A stretch of DNA of 64,000 nt from the human T2T-CHM13v2.0 reference genome, Homo sapiens. Where the stretch lies: NCBI RefSeq assembly GCF_009914755.1, contig NC_060932.1; one strand, given 5' to 3'. The notes below the pieces were generated by a model, which saw only the letters and a program-made list of their open reading frames with translations, did no database searches and was not told the origin of the DNA. This document shows, piece by piece, positions 26,373 through 41,200 of this stretch (the stretch's first letter is position 1; each line of letters opens with the position of its first letter). The position numbers were made by a program, and so were the translations under genes.

Positions 26373-27287
26373 CTAACAAGAGATAAAATCATCAGAAGTA
26401 TTCCAGAAACAGACAAGACTTGAGAGGCAAACTATAAACACAACTTTGAATCTTTTTTGATGTCAAATTTCTACTAATTCATGAAGTATGTTTTAAACTC
26501 CTTTATAGTTTCCTCATCCCAAGGCTTTACTGTTGATTAATACAATTACGCATTTACATGAAATAATGCTATATTATTTCTTAAATTCAAAATTATACAA
26601 ATACTTTAGTCAAGTGGCATTATGCTATTTTTACTTCTTCAGTACTGTTTTCTCTTTTCTAGTCTTTAATGAATGTAATTGATCATTTATTGTTTTACCA
26701 AAGTCTCACAAAGTCCCCAAGTTTGTAGATGGTTCTCTAGACCTTGGCATTAAGGCTCCTACGGCATCTGTTATAGGTGGATGTGGCTGGGAGGAGACTC
26801 AGTCTTCCTGCTACCAAGCAAAAAGGAATCTCTGAGGCAGTTTGGGAGAGGCGTTAAGCTTATAAAATTATTGCTGTGACTGCTTCCCTCCTAGTGAGCT
26901 ATTGAAATAAATTCTCAGATTTAATTCTTCCTTTGAGAGTGAAGTCACTGTCCGGTAGGTTTTCCAAGGCACAGGGCCCAGATGTTGCAGCCAAGGGCAC
27001 ACCCTCCCAGCAAACAGACTATCTGCCTCTCCTAACCTGATGATGTACCCATTTTCAAATAACTGTTATTAAGATGCCAAGAGAACAAAATTAAAAACTT
27101 TTTTGAAAAAAAAAATCACTCTCTCACCCCAAAGCACTCCAACTCTTTCATTTTTGCATATAACTTTCCAGTCTTGTTACTAGGTAAATCTATTTTACGT
27201 AGTCGTAATTTCACATCCTCTTTCTTAAAATAATGTTATTTAGAATCTGTTCCTTTCAAAAGCCACAGTTGCTGTTTACCTCTGTAG

Positions 27288-27733
27288 GTGACTTTTCATG
27301 AAGCCTGTGTTCATGCACCCCAAGTGCGAAGGACCAGAAGAGAGAGTGTTATCATTACATAATCTTGGCACTGATTTCTAAAATCTCTAGCATGTTATCT
27401 GTCCTTCCCAGATTGACCTAAATTTCATTCCATGTTCACACATTAAAGTAGCCCCTTCTGCAGTATTTCATTCAATGTTGTGTGAAAATAAATAGATATC
27501 TAACATTTTAAGTAGATATGTAATCTTTTTTTTAAAAAAAAAAAAAGAAACCAAGAACTGCTTTAGCTTATTAACAATAAACTGGCAAAATGTTGCCATG
27601 GAAGATGTGACATCACCAGGACAATGATTGTGAGAACCTTGTCTGGAGAATTATATTCACAGAGGAGAATGAAAAGGAAAGGAAAGCTTTCATTTGCCAA
27701 CAGATTGAATAGCCCAGCAAAAGAAAGTATTAG
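27288..27733 (+). pseudogene. Candidate exon 2 of the disabled gene
   Basis: Acceptor tgtttacctctgtag|, donor |gtacca; 446 nt, phase 0 to 2; VTFHEACVHAPQVRRTRRESV... with 9 stops in the first ~93 codons, then open LINNKLAKCCHG...PAKESI. Confidence 0.4.
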
Positions 27734-28217
27734 GTACCATTGAAGTTCCATGACTTTTCTCATTTAGTGTTCTAAGGATCATTAAAGCTGTAATTTTTAT
27801 CAAGAGAATTACTGCAAAAGAAGTTTTGGTTTTCCTAGCTTAATTGCCTGTTATGAATTCAGATTTTACAAATTACTTAAGCATACTTCCAAAATTCTGT
27901 TTTATTCCTATTCACATGACAATGAAAAAAATACTTTAAAAGAATCTATTAGGAAATATCAGGAAATAATATTTTGGTGATTTTTCTATGGTTTTTTTCA
28001 AGGCACATTTAAAATTCTTATGGCTTTTGTTCTGTTTGAGTGGTAAAATGTTAACATCTTAAATATTGAAAGTCTCAGCTTATATGGTTTATAAAGAGCA
28101 TTTTTATTCTACAAATAAAAAATATCTTTTTTATTTTTTAAAAAGATTTTTTTATTTGTAGAATCACAAAAATATCTACAAATATTGCAGATATTTGTGA
28201 TTAATATACTATAAATT

Positions 28218-28549
28218 ACTAATAAAGACACATCCAAGACTGGGTAATTTATAAAGGAAAGAGGTTTAATGAACTCAATGTTTCAATGGCTGGGGAGGCC
28301 TCACAATCATGGTGGAAGGCAAAGGAGAAGAAAAGGCACATCCTACATGGTGGCAGGCAAGACAGTATGTGCAGGAGAACTCTCCTTTATAAAACCATCA
28401 TATCTGCTGAGATTAACTATCAGAGAACAGGACAGGAAAGACCCAGCCCCATGATTCAATTATCTCCCACCGGGTTCCTCCCATGACACATGGGGATTAT
28501 TACAATTCAAGGTGAGATTTAGATGGGGACACAGAGCCAAACCATATTA
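28218..28549 (-). mobile_element. THE1 solo LTR, 3' terminal ~20 bp missing
   Basis: gactgggtaatttataaaggaaagaggtttaat...ggggacacagagccaaaccata. Confidence 0.88.
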
Positions 28550-28612
28550 TCTGCCTTCAGGCACAAATAAGTCTTGATCTAATGGAAGGATAATTTTCTT
28601 CTAGGGAGTTAA

Positions 28613-28946
<334 letters not shown>

Positions 28947-29479
28947 GTAAGATCGGTCCCAGGCATAAACTGTCAAGATAGCACCGTGGATGTTTGGCGT
29001 TTTCCATTTCCCCTTTTGAGGTATCTTTTCCTCTAGTCTCCAGCGGCTGCCCTGCCTGCCACACACCCATGATAGCAGCCCTGGGCCAATAGTGCTGGGC
29101 GGCCACTCAGATCATTGTCCTGATTCACTGGGCCTGGGTTTCATTTCCATGGCATTTGTTCCTTTTTCTCTTCAATAGGTAATTTCCCTTCATTGTCCCA
29201 AGGCCACTTTATTGAGGGTTCCTGAAGACTCACAGGAATATAACTCCAATTGTAATGTAAAGTTTATTCACCATAATAGAAAGTGAACTTTTTCTTTTCT
29301 TCTGGTGCAGCAGCCCTAACTCCTTTCATATCCTGTGATTTCTTTCCATGTGGAGTTGTAGGTGCCTCTCTGTGTGCTGCTCACATGGTAGGCGCTCCCT
29401 AAGTGGGGCAAGATGAGGTCAGGAACAGATACACTGAACTCTGAGGCTGAAGCATCAGGCTTCCTTTTAAAAACAGCTC

Positions 29480-30912
29480 CTCCTAAGGCTTTGGGACAGA
29501 CCTTAGCAATGTGTTCACATGCCATATGCTTTTATAAAATTTGCACACAGAAAAACATATTTTAGCCACCCTCAGTCAACAGTGCTCTTACCTCTCTGAC
29601 TTGCCCTTGTGTTTGGTGGTGTTGGAGAGGGAATGTTGTGTATTTTAGGGTACTGATAAGAGAAAATTAAGTTGGTGATATACTTAATTTACATTTCATG
29701 GGATATATTTATGTGCTTTGTGATCATTTCTGTGATTAGTAGTTATAGCTAGGTGTCCTGGCAAATGAATAGTTTCCAGGAATACTTCTACCACCCACTG
29801 TGCTGAGCCACCCAGCGCCATGATATAAAGGTGCCAAGCCAATGTTCGTACATCATGAATGTGTCCCATTGCAGGGGCCCCCAACCCCTGGGCTTCTGGT
29901 TGGTACCAGCACATGACCTGTTAGGAACCCAGTCGTGCCGCAGGAGGTGAGTGGCGGGCAAGCATTACTGCCTGAGCTCCGCCTCCTGTCAGATCAGCGG
30001 CAGCATTAAACGAACCCTATTGTGAACTGCGCATGCGAGGGATCTAGGTTGTGCGCTCCTTAGGAGATTCTAAATAATGCCTGATGATTTGAGGATGAAA
30101 CCATTCCATCAGTCCCCTCCAGCCCATGGGAAAATTCTCTTTCACGAAACCAGTTCCTGGTGCCAAAAAGGTTGGGGACCACTGTCCTATTACACCTCTT
30201 ACCAGGACTGTGTAGGTAAGGGGTAGAGAAGCATGTTTAAAATGTCATAAGCTAGTCTATGAAAAATTCCTCCTATCCTCAGATGTAGAAAATTGTAAGC
30301 AGAGGATTTGGTTTGCACTGAAGCCTGTGCATAACTGTAGCATTCTAGTTGGAGTATATAAGATGATGCAACGTCTACAACGATCAGCACACGAATATAC
30401 GTATTTTTCTTTTGGGATGGGAATTGTGTGAAATAGAATCAATCAGAACATTTTGATTTTTAGGGCAAACACCTATAGCTGTACTAAAAACAACAAGTGT
30501 GTCTGTGTACGAGGTTGAATGACTTATATATCCCAAACCTCAATATGGAAAACAAATTTTGATCAACTATACTCCAAAAAAGACTGAAGTATTTTTCTAG
30601 TCGCATTACAGAAGATGATATTACAAAATAGCTATTGTGTAAAGAAGCTACCAAAGAGCATTAAACCAAAAAATGAAATAGAAAACTATTATAAAGGTAT
30701 GTTAGGCAGTTAGTTAATGAAATTATGTAAGTTTCCTAGAGTTTGTAATATTTATGGTATTTGTCAGCATTTAATTTTTTAAAATTTATTGTGATTTCTA
30801 TTGTCATTCTTGTTTTCCATATTCTTGTATTTTGTAATTTTGTATTATTTTCTTTAAAGAGAGCCCCCAAATTGTATAAGCTTTTGACTTTACAAAACTT
30901 GGATCTGCCTTT
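29480..30912. mobile_element. Old hAT-Tip100 element (Zaphod/MER115-like), interrupted by MER1
   Basis: Terminus cccccaaattgtataagctt.....acaaaacttggatctgcc resembles the recalled Zaphod end; boundaries approximate. Confidence 0.5.
29872..30184. mobile_element. MER1B-like hAT MITE
   Basis: TIRs caggggcccccaacc / ggttggggaccactg; 8-bp TSD tcccattg / tcctatta. Confidence 0.88.
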
Positions 30913-31862
30913 GAATGAGATGAGATGAGCTAAGTCAAGCTGATACCTGGCATCTGACGTAATGAATTAATCAAATAAGAAATGAATTTAGTAAGAAAAG
31001 GAAAAAATAGTCAAAGTACTATAAGCTAGACAAGGAGAAAACCGTGTATTTTTAAAAATAACAACATATTTTCTGATGGTGGATATGATGTGCATAGGTG
31101 TAGATGGGATTATTTAAGGGGAAGTATGTGGATTGGTTGTATATTTTAATTTTTACTATGTTTATTTGGCTCCACTTCCTTCTCTCATTCTGAAATATCC
31201 TATTAGTTGCTTAGCAATGGAAGAATATTAATGCTAAGCATTTTTTAAACCTAGCTGTGGATTTGGGTTATGTTTTGTTTCGTTTGTTTGTTTGTTTGTT
31301 TGTTTACCAGCTAGATTTTAAAAATAGACTCTTCCATTTACATTAGAGGAATTTTGTCCAATCTACACAATCCCAAAACATATATAGTAAGATACTCAAT
31401 GAATAACTGAATTGAATTGTCTTTCCTATCTACTTATCCAGGGCTTTGTCCAGGGGAGCATACTTTTCATCTCAAGTATATTTATAAATTTCATTCCTTA
31501 GAAAGTATAACTAGTGTCAGGGACATGCCAGGCTACAGATTATTACATTGTCCTAGAACCAGTTTGTTTTTGATGCTGCCTGTATAAATTCTTGTTACGA
31601 TGATTAGTTAATTTTAATCTTCATTCCAAATGTCTGAAATTCTGCGGCCAGCAAAGGCACATTGCTGGTGGTAGATTCTTGTCTCTGGAATTTGCATTCC
31701 TTTCAAGATGGGAAGTCTCTGATCCTTTCTATCCCAAACGCATACCCAAAGCCCTCATAAAGTGCTATTCACTCTTGTTGGTTTCCTATTGACTGACTTT
31801 CATAATGAAGGTTATTGCAGAAAAAGCATGGAGACACTCTTCTACTTCCATTGCTGCTTGAA

Positions 31863-32184
31863 TTTTGTTTTGTTTTGCTTTGTTTTGTTTTGTTGAGACA
31901 GGGTCTCACTGTGTTGCCCAGACTGGAGTGCAGTGAGGCAAACACAACTCACCTCAGCCTCGACCTCCTGGGCTCAAGTGATCCTCCTGCTTCAGCCTCC
32001 TGATTAGCTGGGACCACAGGTGTGCACCTCCATGCCCAGCTGATTTTATTTTTATTTTTATTCTTTTAGAAATGGGGTCTCCCTATTTTTCCCAGGTTGG
32101 TCTTGAACCCTTGGGCTCAAACAATCCTCCCCCCTCGACCTTCCAAAGTGCTGGGATTATAGGTGTGAGCCACTGCACCTGCCC
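31863..32184 (-). mobile_element. AluJ
   Basis: Reverse dimer with (TTTTG)n tail. Confidence 0.88.
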
Positions 32185-32753
32185 CTTACTCACTGAATTT
32201 TTGTCATTCTTAGTGAGACCCTTTTTCTGGAGTATTTATTAGATTTGCATTTTCCAGTATAAATCTTACAGGCAGTACATAGTTGATTAGTGGTAATAAC
32301 TGGATTGAGAGAACTTTAAGATCCTGCTCTGTTGCTTCTCTCTCTTTCTGTCTCTTACTTGCGCTTTGCTATAAAACTACAGGAAAGTTTGCTTGCACAA
32401 TAAGGAACAACATGGTCCTTGACAAATCAAATTATGTAACAGATTGAAGTTTTGAGAGACTGTATAAAAGAAGCATCGGGTTTTACTTTTTAACAATTAC
32501 GTGAATTTTATCCCCTTTAAGACCTGTATTTATTCTACATGTTTGTACTGCTATTGAGTATTTGGAATTATTTAGATCTATTGTGCTCCTTGTACTGGAA
32601 GAATGGCTCAATAGAGGTTTGTGAACTGTTAAACAAGTGTGAGTGATTCTCTATAGATTGTCACACCAGATCAGAAAATTCAGCTCCCAGAAGCACGGCA
32701 GCAAATCTGCCAAGTGGCACAACCTGTGCTTACTTGAGCTGATCAAGTCCTAA

Positions 32754-33083
<330 letters not shown>

Positions 33084-33539
33084 ACCTTTTTTGTTTATTA
33101 AACTGTGTTCAAGGATTGCAAGGAGAATATGACCCACCATATCTCTAATGCATTTTAATAGCAAAACTTTAATTTTAATAAAATTAAGTTAAATTTTAAT
33201 AAATTTAACCTAATAAATTAAGTTTTAATAACAAAACTTCTTCCAGTCAAATGATCCATAGTCTGAAAAGACTGGTAGTGTAACACTTTTATTCAAACAT
33301 TTCAGCCAATCATTAGCCATAGTGTAGCACTTGCCACAGAATACTCAGATTTTATTTAGCCAGATTTGGCCCTGCTAGTATTTTAAGTGTTTATATATAA
33401 AAAATATTATAAATGTGTTATCTAATATATATACATATCTGTGAATTTATATATTTATATAATCTTTATGCACAAAAAGACTTTAACCTAAACTCTCAAA
33501 AGAATTAACAACAACAAAAAAAGCCTGGAAATCAGGAAA

Positions 33540-33713
33540 CAGCTAGCCAGGCATGGTGGTGTGTGTATGTAATCCCAGCTACTCTAGAGACTGAGGCAGG
33601 AGGATAGCTTGAGTCCAGGAGTTTGAGGCTGCAGTATACCATGATAGCAGCTGTGAATAGCTATTGTGCTGCAGCCTGAGCAACACAGCAAGACCCTGTC
33701 TTTAAAAAAAAAT
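33540..33713 (+). mobile_element. Alu monomer (FRAM/FAM-like)
   Basis: tagccaggcatggtggtgtg...cagcctgagcaacacagcaagaccctgtc plus A-tail. Confidence 0.8.
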
Positions 33714-34004
33714 ATAAGAGACACAGAGCTTCTCATTTTGTTGTTTGACATTTTCCTTTATTAATGTAATGCATATTCATACAATGTTCCTTTTAACAAT
33801 AGCTGAATATAAAGTTAATAGTGTCTTTCCTTTTTCTTCCTTAACTCTCTACTTTCAGGAACCAAAAGTAACAATTAGTTAGATATCCTTCCATATCTTT
33901 CTCTAAAACAACACATCTCTGCAAATTAGATTTTGCCTCTGACTAGCTGGGATCTAGAGCGTGAGACTCAAGTCTTCAGTTTGCTTGTGCCAAAAATAAA
34001 GGTG

Positions 34005-34785
34005 GCCCAAAATCATAGTTAAATACCTTTACACTTACTAGGGTGGCTAAAATAAAAAAGACAATAACAAGTGTTGTCGAGGATGTGGAGAAATTGAAAC
34101 TCTTGTATATTGCTGGTGGAAATGTAAAATGGTGCAGCTACTTTGGAGATGGTTTGGCAGTTCATCAAAATATTCAACATAGAGTTATCATATGAGCCAG
34201 CAGTTCTATTTCTAGGTAAGTATGCAAGAAAAATGGAAACATATTTCCATGGTGAAATGGGTGTTCATAGCAGCATTATTCATGATTGCCAAGAAGTAGA
34301 TATAACACAAATGTCCATCGATTGATTAACAGATAAACAAAATATGGCAAATCCACACAATGAAGTTTTAGTCAGCCATAAAAAGGAATGAAGAATGGAT
34401 ACATAAAAAGGAATGAAGAATGGAATATGGATGAACTTTGAAAATATACTAAATGAGAGAACCCAGTCACAAAAGACTATATATCATATGGACTCATATG
34501 ATACATGTGAAATGCATGGTAAATAGGTAAATATGTGAAGTTCATGGTACATAGGTAAATAGGTAAATCCATAGAGACAGAAAGCAGATTAGTAGTTGCC
34601 TGCGGCTGGGGAATGACTGCTAATGATTTTATTTTTGGGGTGAGAAAAATGTTCTATAATTAGATTCTGGTTATGGTTGTACTACTCTGAATATACTCAA
34701 AATTACTGAACTGAGCACTTTAAAGGAGTGAATTTTATGGTATGTGAAATGTATCTCAATAAAGTTATAAAAAATAAAAATAAGC
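34005..34785 (+). mobile_element. Old L1 (L1MB/ME-like) 3' end
   Basis: gaggatgtggagaaattg...aaatgtaaaatggtgcagc...ctcaataaagttataaaaa. Confidence 0.8.
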
Positions 34786-36571
34786 TTACTTAATTTAGAT
34801 GTTCTCCAAAATTTCTTTAGATTATAGAAACGTGGAGACACTCCATTTTCTTTTCTTACTTTTGTTGACAATTTATTTCAAGTTCTTAACCTTAAATCCT
34901 ATTAAATTCCCCATTCTTTTAAATGGTTCATTGTATTTATACTAAATTTTAATATTTATTCTATGACATGAATGTCAACTTTTAGTTATGACAGTATAGA
35001 ATCCTAAACATCTTAGTAAAGAGAAAAAAATGTGACTTTCCAGTTGTCATAACCAGTGTCTTTCTGGCTTTATATTTATCCTAACCATTGCTAAAACAAT
35101 CAAGAAAGGAAAATGTTAGGCTAATCTTGTATGTGTGGAATATCAAATTTTGGTTTCTAACATTTTAATATGATTACCATATGTTATAGCCTCAAAGTGA
35201 AATATGCCAAGAAAGAAACCTAAATAGGCTATAATTTTGACCATGGCAAATATTTAGCAAATGTACCATTCCCGTACAGACCTTCAGTGGCCACTCCAGG
35301 ATATCTCGGAAGGCAGGGAGCTTACAGGCTGCAGCCTGCCTAGAAGTGGGAGGAGACTATGTTTGCCTAGATTTGAGAAAATTCCAAGTGTCATTTATGT
35401 TCTGTGTACATTAAGAAAGATGGAGGTTAATTATTGTGGGTCTGAAGCATGGCCAAAGTCTCTCTACCACCCTTTTCCTGGCGCAGGCATTGACAGCATT
35501 TTCTTAGTACCAGAAATAATTTTCTCCTTGCCTGTACTTCCTACATAGAAAAACTGCCCTATTTATACTCAGAAAAGGCAAACCTCTGCATAACCACGAC
35601 TCCCAGGTTGTGTCCAACTAAACCAGGGCTAGACCTTTGATTCAAAATGAGCTTTAAGACTCATTTTGGAGTTCCTACTTCTTAGAACTGAGACAAGAGA
35701 TGGAATCAGTTACCTATGAGGTTACATGTTAGACTAAAGTTAAGTAATGCTTTTAAGTAAGGGAGACTTGGAAAATAAATCTGGAAAAGTAATGCCAGAA
35801 GACTTCAGCAAAAGCCTATTAAAGACTTTGACTAGTATGTTAGAGGAGGAAGTGAAGAACGAGGAAAAGATTTCAGACGCATTACGTGAAAAAAAATCAA
35901 TACCAGTTTGTGGCTGATCAGATATGGGAGTAGTGAAATGAGGACAAAGGATCAGACGAGTATAAGGGCAATGTCCAATCTTAGTGCTGCTGGTTTGTTG
36001 ATGCCATAACATAAACAGGAAGTCTGGGGGGAGAAGGAGTTTGGGGACTAGATTAATGATTTCATTTCTTGATATCAATGATTGTCAGACATGTGAAATG
36101 AAGTGTCCAGCAGGCAACTGAAGTTAGGGTACTGGAGCCAAAGACAGTTATACCATGTTATACAGTTATACAGTTAGTTATACCGTGAGTCTTCAAAGTG
36201 TGACAGCAGGTGCTCTGAAACAGAACAAGATTTCAGAGGGAGGGATAAAGAGGGAAAGAGGAAGATGTCTGGGAACTTGGACACCCACCATTATTCTGGA
36301 ACAGGAAGAGTCAAGGAAGCAACAGCCAGAGGAGGAGGTATACCTGAGTCTCATCATTTTTTCTGAAAACTAGGGACAAAAGGGCTTCAGGGAAGAGGAG
36401 AGTAAACTGTTTCAAAAGCTACTGAGAAAATAGGAATGGAATTTAGTGAGAAGAAGACTTAACGTACATGGTTACAATGAAGATCTGAAGCCAGAATTCA
36501 GATAAGGGACTAAAAGGAAAGCCATAGAAAGAAAATAGCAGCAGAATGTGGAATCATTCCTTGAGAATTTA

Positions 36572-36757
<186 letters not shown>

Positions 36758-37235
36758 TTAGCAATGAAAGGAAGTAGCAAAAATTGTAGGTTATCTGGGA
36801 GGTTCAGGAGGAGATAAAATTTTGAATATTACCAACACAAAGAAATGATAAAGGCTGAAAGTGAGATGCAAGTTACCCGGATTTGATCCTTATACATTGT
36901 ATACATGTATCAAAATTTCACACTGTAAATATTACACTGTAAATATGTACACTTATTATGTGTCAACTAAAATTTCTTTTTTATAAAAAGAAAAGTTGCC
37001 TTGTTTCATCTTCCCCTCCTTTAGAGAGGAGACCTTCATGTATGAAGATGGCCAGAAGAGAGCAAAAGAAGTTGAAACTACTTAAAAAGAAAAACATGAA
37101 AGAGGAAGCAAGGTCCACATATTTCAGCAGTTTTCAACTTGTGTTAGCCATAGAGCTGTTTCTTCAAACCAGTCTTGCTGGGAAGCCTAATATATAAAAC
37201 TAATACAAGTGGAGTCACTCTACTGAAGGTCACTA

Positions 37236-37308
37236 TGTGTGTGTATGTGCATGTGTGTGTATGTGCATGTGTGTGTGTGTACACATATGTGCACACACGT
37301 GTGTGTGT
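37236..37308. repeat. (TG/CA)-rich compound microsatellite
   Basis: tgtgtgtgtatgtgcatgtgtgtgt... alternating purine-pyrimidine tract. Confidence 0.9.
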
Positions 37309-37600
37309 TAGCAGTTGGGAGGTGCTTCCCTAGGAGTTCTCTGTTTCTTCTATGACAACCAACGGCCTACATGATCCCATTGGCTCCACATCAGTGATGA
37401 AGGTGTTTCTATCATTTCTAGTTGATTCTTGAAGAAACTGACTGAGAATTTAGTGACTTATTCAAAGTCACACAACTAGTTTGAGACAGAGTCAGGACCA
37501 GCACCAGGATCTTACGGCCCCAAATCCCGTCTTCTTTCTGACACGCCACTTCAAAGGCCTTCCTCTTCTGTGCAGCACAATCACATCTTCCTTTTTACAG

Positions 37601-37710
37601 GAAAGTATTTGAAGAGACTATGAGCAACAAAAAGAAAGATTTGGGGGGAACATGTGGTATTCAACAGCTCAGTAAGACCAACTCATTTATCTGATCAGTC
37701 AGATAAATTG
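37601..37710 (+). pseudogene. Candidate exon 3 of the disabled gene
   Basis: Acceptor atcttcctttttacag|, donor |gtaaag; 110 nt, phase 2 to 1; KVFEETMSNKKKDLGGTCGIQQLSKTNSFI*SVR*I. Confidence 0.5.
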
Positions 37711-37785
37711 GTAAAGAAAATGGGACTTCTAAGATAGAGGTCCCAAACGGTAGTCTATTTAAGAAGGGAGCTGCAGTCCCATAGC

Positions 37786-37787
37786 AT

Positions 37788-37830
<43 letters not shown>

Positions 37831-38116
37831 TTTTTTGAGACAGGATCTCACTGTGTCACCCACACTGGAGTGCAGTGACATAATCGTGGTTCACTGCAGC
37901 CTCAACCTCCCAGGCTCAAGTGATCTTTCTACATCCACCTCCCGTGTAGCTGGGACCACAGGCACATGCCACCATGCCTAGCTAATTTTTTCTTTTTGTA
38001 GAGATGGGGTCTCACCATGTTGCCCAGACTAGTCTTGAACTTCTGGGCTCAAGCAATCCCCTCGTCTCAACCTCCCAAAATGCTGGGATTACTGGCATGA
38101 GCCACCACACCCAGCC
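37786..38116 (-). mobile_element. AluJ with (TTTA)n tail
   Basis: Reverse dimer; flanks cca(t/c)agcat. Confidence 0.88.
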
Positions 38117-38218
38117 TCCACAGCATCTTTTAAAAATAATTCCTTGTTGCAAAACATAAGTTTTCTTCTTTTAGGAAGAGAAGGGCATTACCGATGGGAA
38201 TGTAAAATGGTGCAGCCA

Positions 38219-41200
38219 GATAGAGGATTAAGATAGCAGATAGGAAGCAGGACTAACTTGTAGCTCCTGCTCAGATGGACAGAGCAGTGTGTGGAGACTC
38301 GTATCACGAACATTTGCTCCAATAACCACTGCAGGAACATACCAGGAAAGCCAAGAGAATCCACAGATCCTTTGAAGGAAATGGATCACCACTGTAGGCT
38401 CCCTGAGACACTGAAAAACTGTGCTGGTATCCACAGCTGAAAGACCTGAGGATGGATTATATCACAGGACTTGTTGCAGACACTCCCTAATACCAGCTTG
38501 GAGCCCAGTAGCTCCACTAGGGGACTAGACCCAGAAGAGCAAAAACAATCACTGCCTTTTGGTTTTCATGAAGCCCCATCCTAGGGAGGGAGGAGAACAC
38601 CACATCAAGGGAGCACCCTGTGGGACAAAAGACTCTGAGCAGCAGCCCTTAAGTCCCAGATCTTCCATCTGACATAGTCTACCAAAATGAGAAGGAACCA
38701 GAAAAACAATTCTGGTAATATGACAAAACAAGATTCTTTAACACCCCCAAAAGATCACAACACCTCACCAGCAGTGGATCCAAACCAAGATGAAATCTCT
38801 GAATTGCCAGAAAAAGAATTAAGAAGCTTGATTATTAAGCTAACCAAGGAGCACCAGGGAAGGGTGAAGTCCAACTTAAAGGAATAAAAAACATGGTGCA
38901 GGATATGAAATATCAGTGAAATCGATAGCATACGTAAAAAACAATCACAATTTCTGGAAATCAAGGATACACTTAGAGAAATGCAATATGCTCTGGAAAG
39001 TCTTGGCAATTGAACAGTAGAAGAAAGAACTTCAGAGCTTAAAGACAAGGCTTTTGAATTAACCCAATCTGTCAAAGACAAAGAAAAAAAGATTTTTTAA
39101 AAATGAACAGAGTCTCCAAGAAGTTTGGGACTGTGTTGAACATCCAAACCTAGGAATAATTGGTGTTCCAAAGGAAGAAGAGAAATCTAAAAGTTTGGAA
39201 AACATATTTGAGGGAATAATCGAGGAAAACTTCCCTAGCCTTGCTAGAGATCTAGACATTCAAATACAAGAAGCTCAAAGAACACCTGGGAAATTTATGG
39301 CAGAAAGATCATCGCCTAGGCACATAGTCATCAGGTTATCTAAAGTAAAGATGAAGGAGAGACTCTTAAGAGCCGTGAGGCAAAAGCATCAGGTAACCTA
39401 TTAAAAAAAAATTATCAGATAAACAGCAAATTTATCAGCAGAAATCCTGCAAGTTAGAAGGGACTGGGGTCCTATTTTAGCCTCCTTAAACAAAACAACT
39501 GTCAGCCAAGAATTTTGTACCCAGTGAAACTAAGCTTCATAAATGAAGGAAAGATATAACCTTTCCCAGACAAATAAGTGCTGAGAAAATTCACCACTGC
39601 CAAGCCATCACTACAAGAACTGCTAAAAGGAGCTCTAACTCTTGAAACAAATTCTTGAAATACACCAAAATAGAACCACCTTAAAGCATAAATCTCACAG
39701 GACCTGTAAAACAATAACACAATAAAAAAAACCCAAGGTATTCAGGCAACAAATGGCATGATGAATAAAATAGTACCTCACATCTCAATACTAATGTTGA
39801 ATGTAAATGGCCTGAATGCCCCATTTAAAAGATGCAGAATAGCAAAATGGATAAAAATTCACAAACCAAGTACCTGTTGTCCTTAAGAGACTCACCTGAC
39901 ACATAGGACTCACATAAACTTAAGGAAAGGGGTGGAAAAAGATATTCCATGCAAATGGACACCAAAACTGAGCATGAGTATAGCTTCTTATATCAGACAA
40001 AACAAACTTTCAAGCAACAGCAGTTAAAAAAGACAAAGAGGGACATTATATAATGATAAAAGGACTAGTCTAACAGGAAAATATCACAATCCTAAATATA
40101 TATGCACCTAACACTGGAGGGCCTGAATTTTTGAAACAATTACTTCTAGACCTAAGAAATAAGATAGATGGCAACAAAATAATAGTGGAAGACTTTAATA
40201 TAACACTGATAGCACTAGACAGGTCATCAAGACAGAAAGTCAACAAAGAAATGACAGATTTAAACTATACCCTAGAACAAATGGATTTAACAGATATTTA
40301 CAGAACATTCTACCCAACAACTGCAGAACATTAATTCTATTCATCAGCACATGGAACTTCTCCAAGATAGACCACATGATTGGCCACAAAACAAGTCTCA
40401 GTAAATTTAAGAAAATTGAAATTATATCAAATATTCTCTCAGACCACAGTGGAATAAAATTGGAAATCAACTCCAAAAGGAACCCTCAGAACCATGCAAA
40501 TTCACAGAAATTAAATAACCTGCTCCTGAATGATCATTGGGTCAACAACAAAATCAAGATGGAAATTAAAAAATTATTTGAACTGAATGATAATAGTGAC
40601 AAAACCTATCAAAACCTATGGGATACAGCAAAAGTGGTGCTAAGAGGAAAGTTCATAGCATTAAATGTCTACATCAAAAAGTCTGAAAGAGCACAAATAA
40701 ACAGTCTAAGTTCACAACTCACAGAACTGGAGAAACAAGAACAAACCAAACCCAAATGCAGCAGAAGGAAAGAAATAACGAAGATCAGAGCAGAACTAAA
40801 TGAAACTGAAACAAACAAAAAATACAAAAGATAAATGAAATGAAAAGCTGGTTCCTTAAAAAGATAAATAAAATTGATAGACCATTAGTGAGATTAACCA
40901 AGAAGAGAGAAGATCCAAATAAGCTCAATTAGAAATGAAACAGGAGATAATACAACTGATACCACAGAAATACAAAAGATTATTCAAGGCTACTATGAAC
41001 ACCTTTATGCTGATAAACTAGAAAACCTAGAGGACATGGATACATTCCTGGAAATATATAACTCTCCTAGATTAAACCAAGAAGATATAGAAACTCTGAA
41101 CAGACCAATAACAAGCAGTGAGATTGAAATGGTAACAAAAAAAATCGTCTACCAAAAAAAAGTCCAGGACCAGAGAGATTCACAGCTGAATTCTATCAGG

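Noticed and set aside
30283-30400. AG-bounded open frame VENCKQRIWFALKPVHNC... resembling an exon
   Set aside because: Probably inside the old hAT element; weak donor (gtattt); phase does not fit the exon chain
34376-34570. Short tandem duplications (ataaaaaggaatgaagaatgga x2; ggtaaata repeats)
   Set aside because: Ordinary slippage inside an old L1
37601-37671. Alternative shorter exon 3 using donor gtaaga at 37672
   Set aside because: It keeps the same phase and avoids two stops, so it cannot be excluded; I cannot choose between the two donors from sequence alone and list only the longer form
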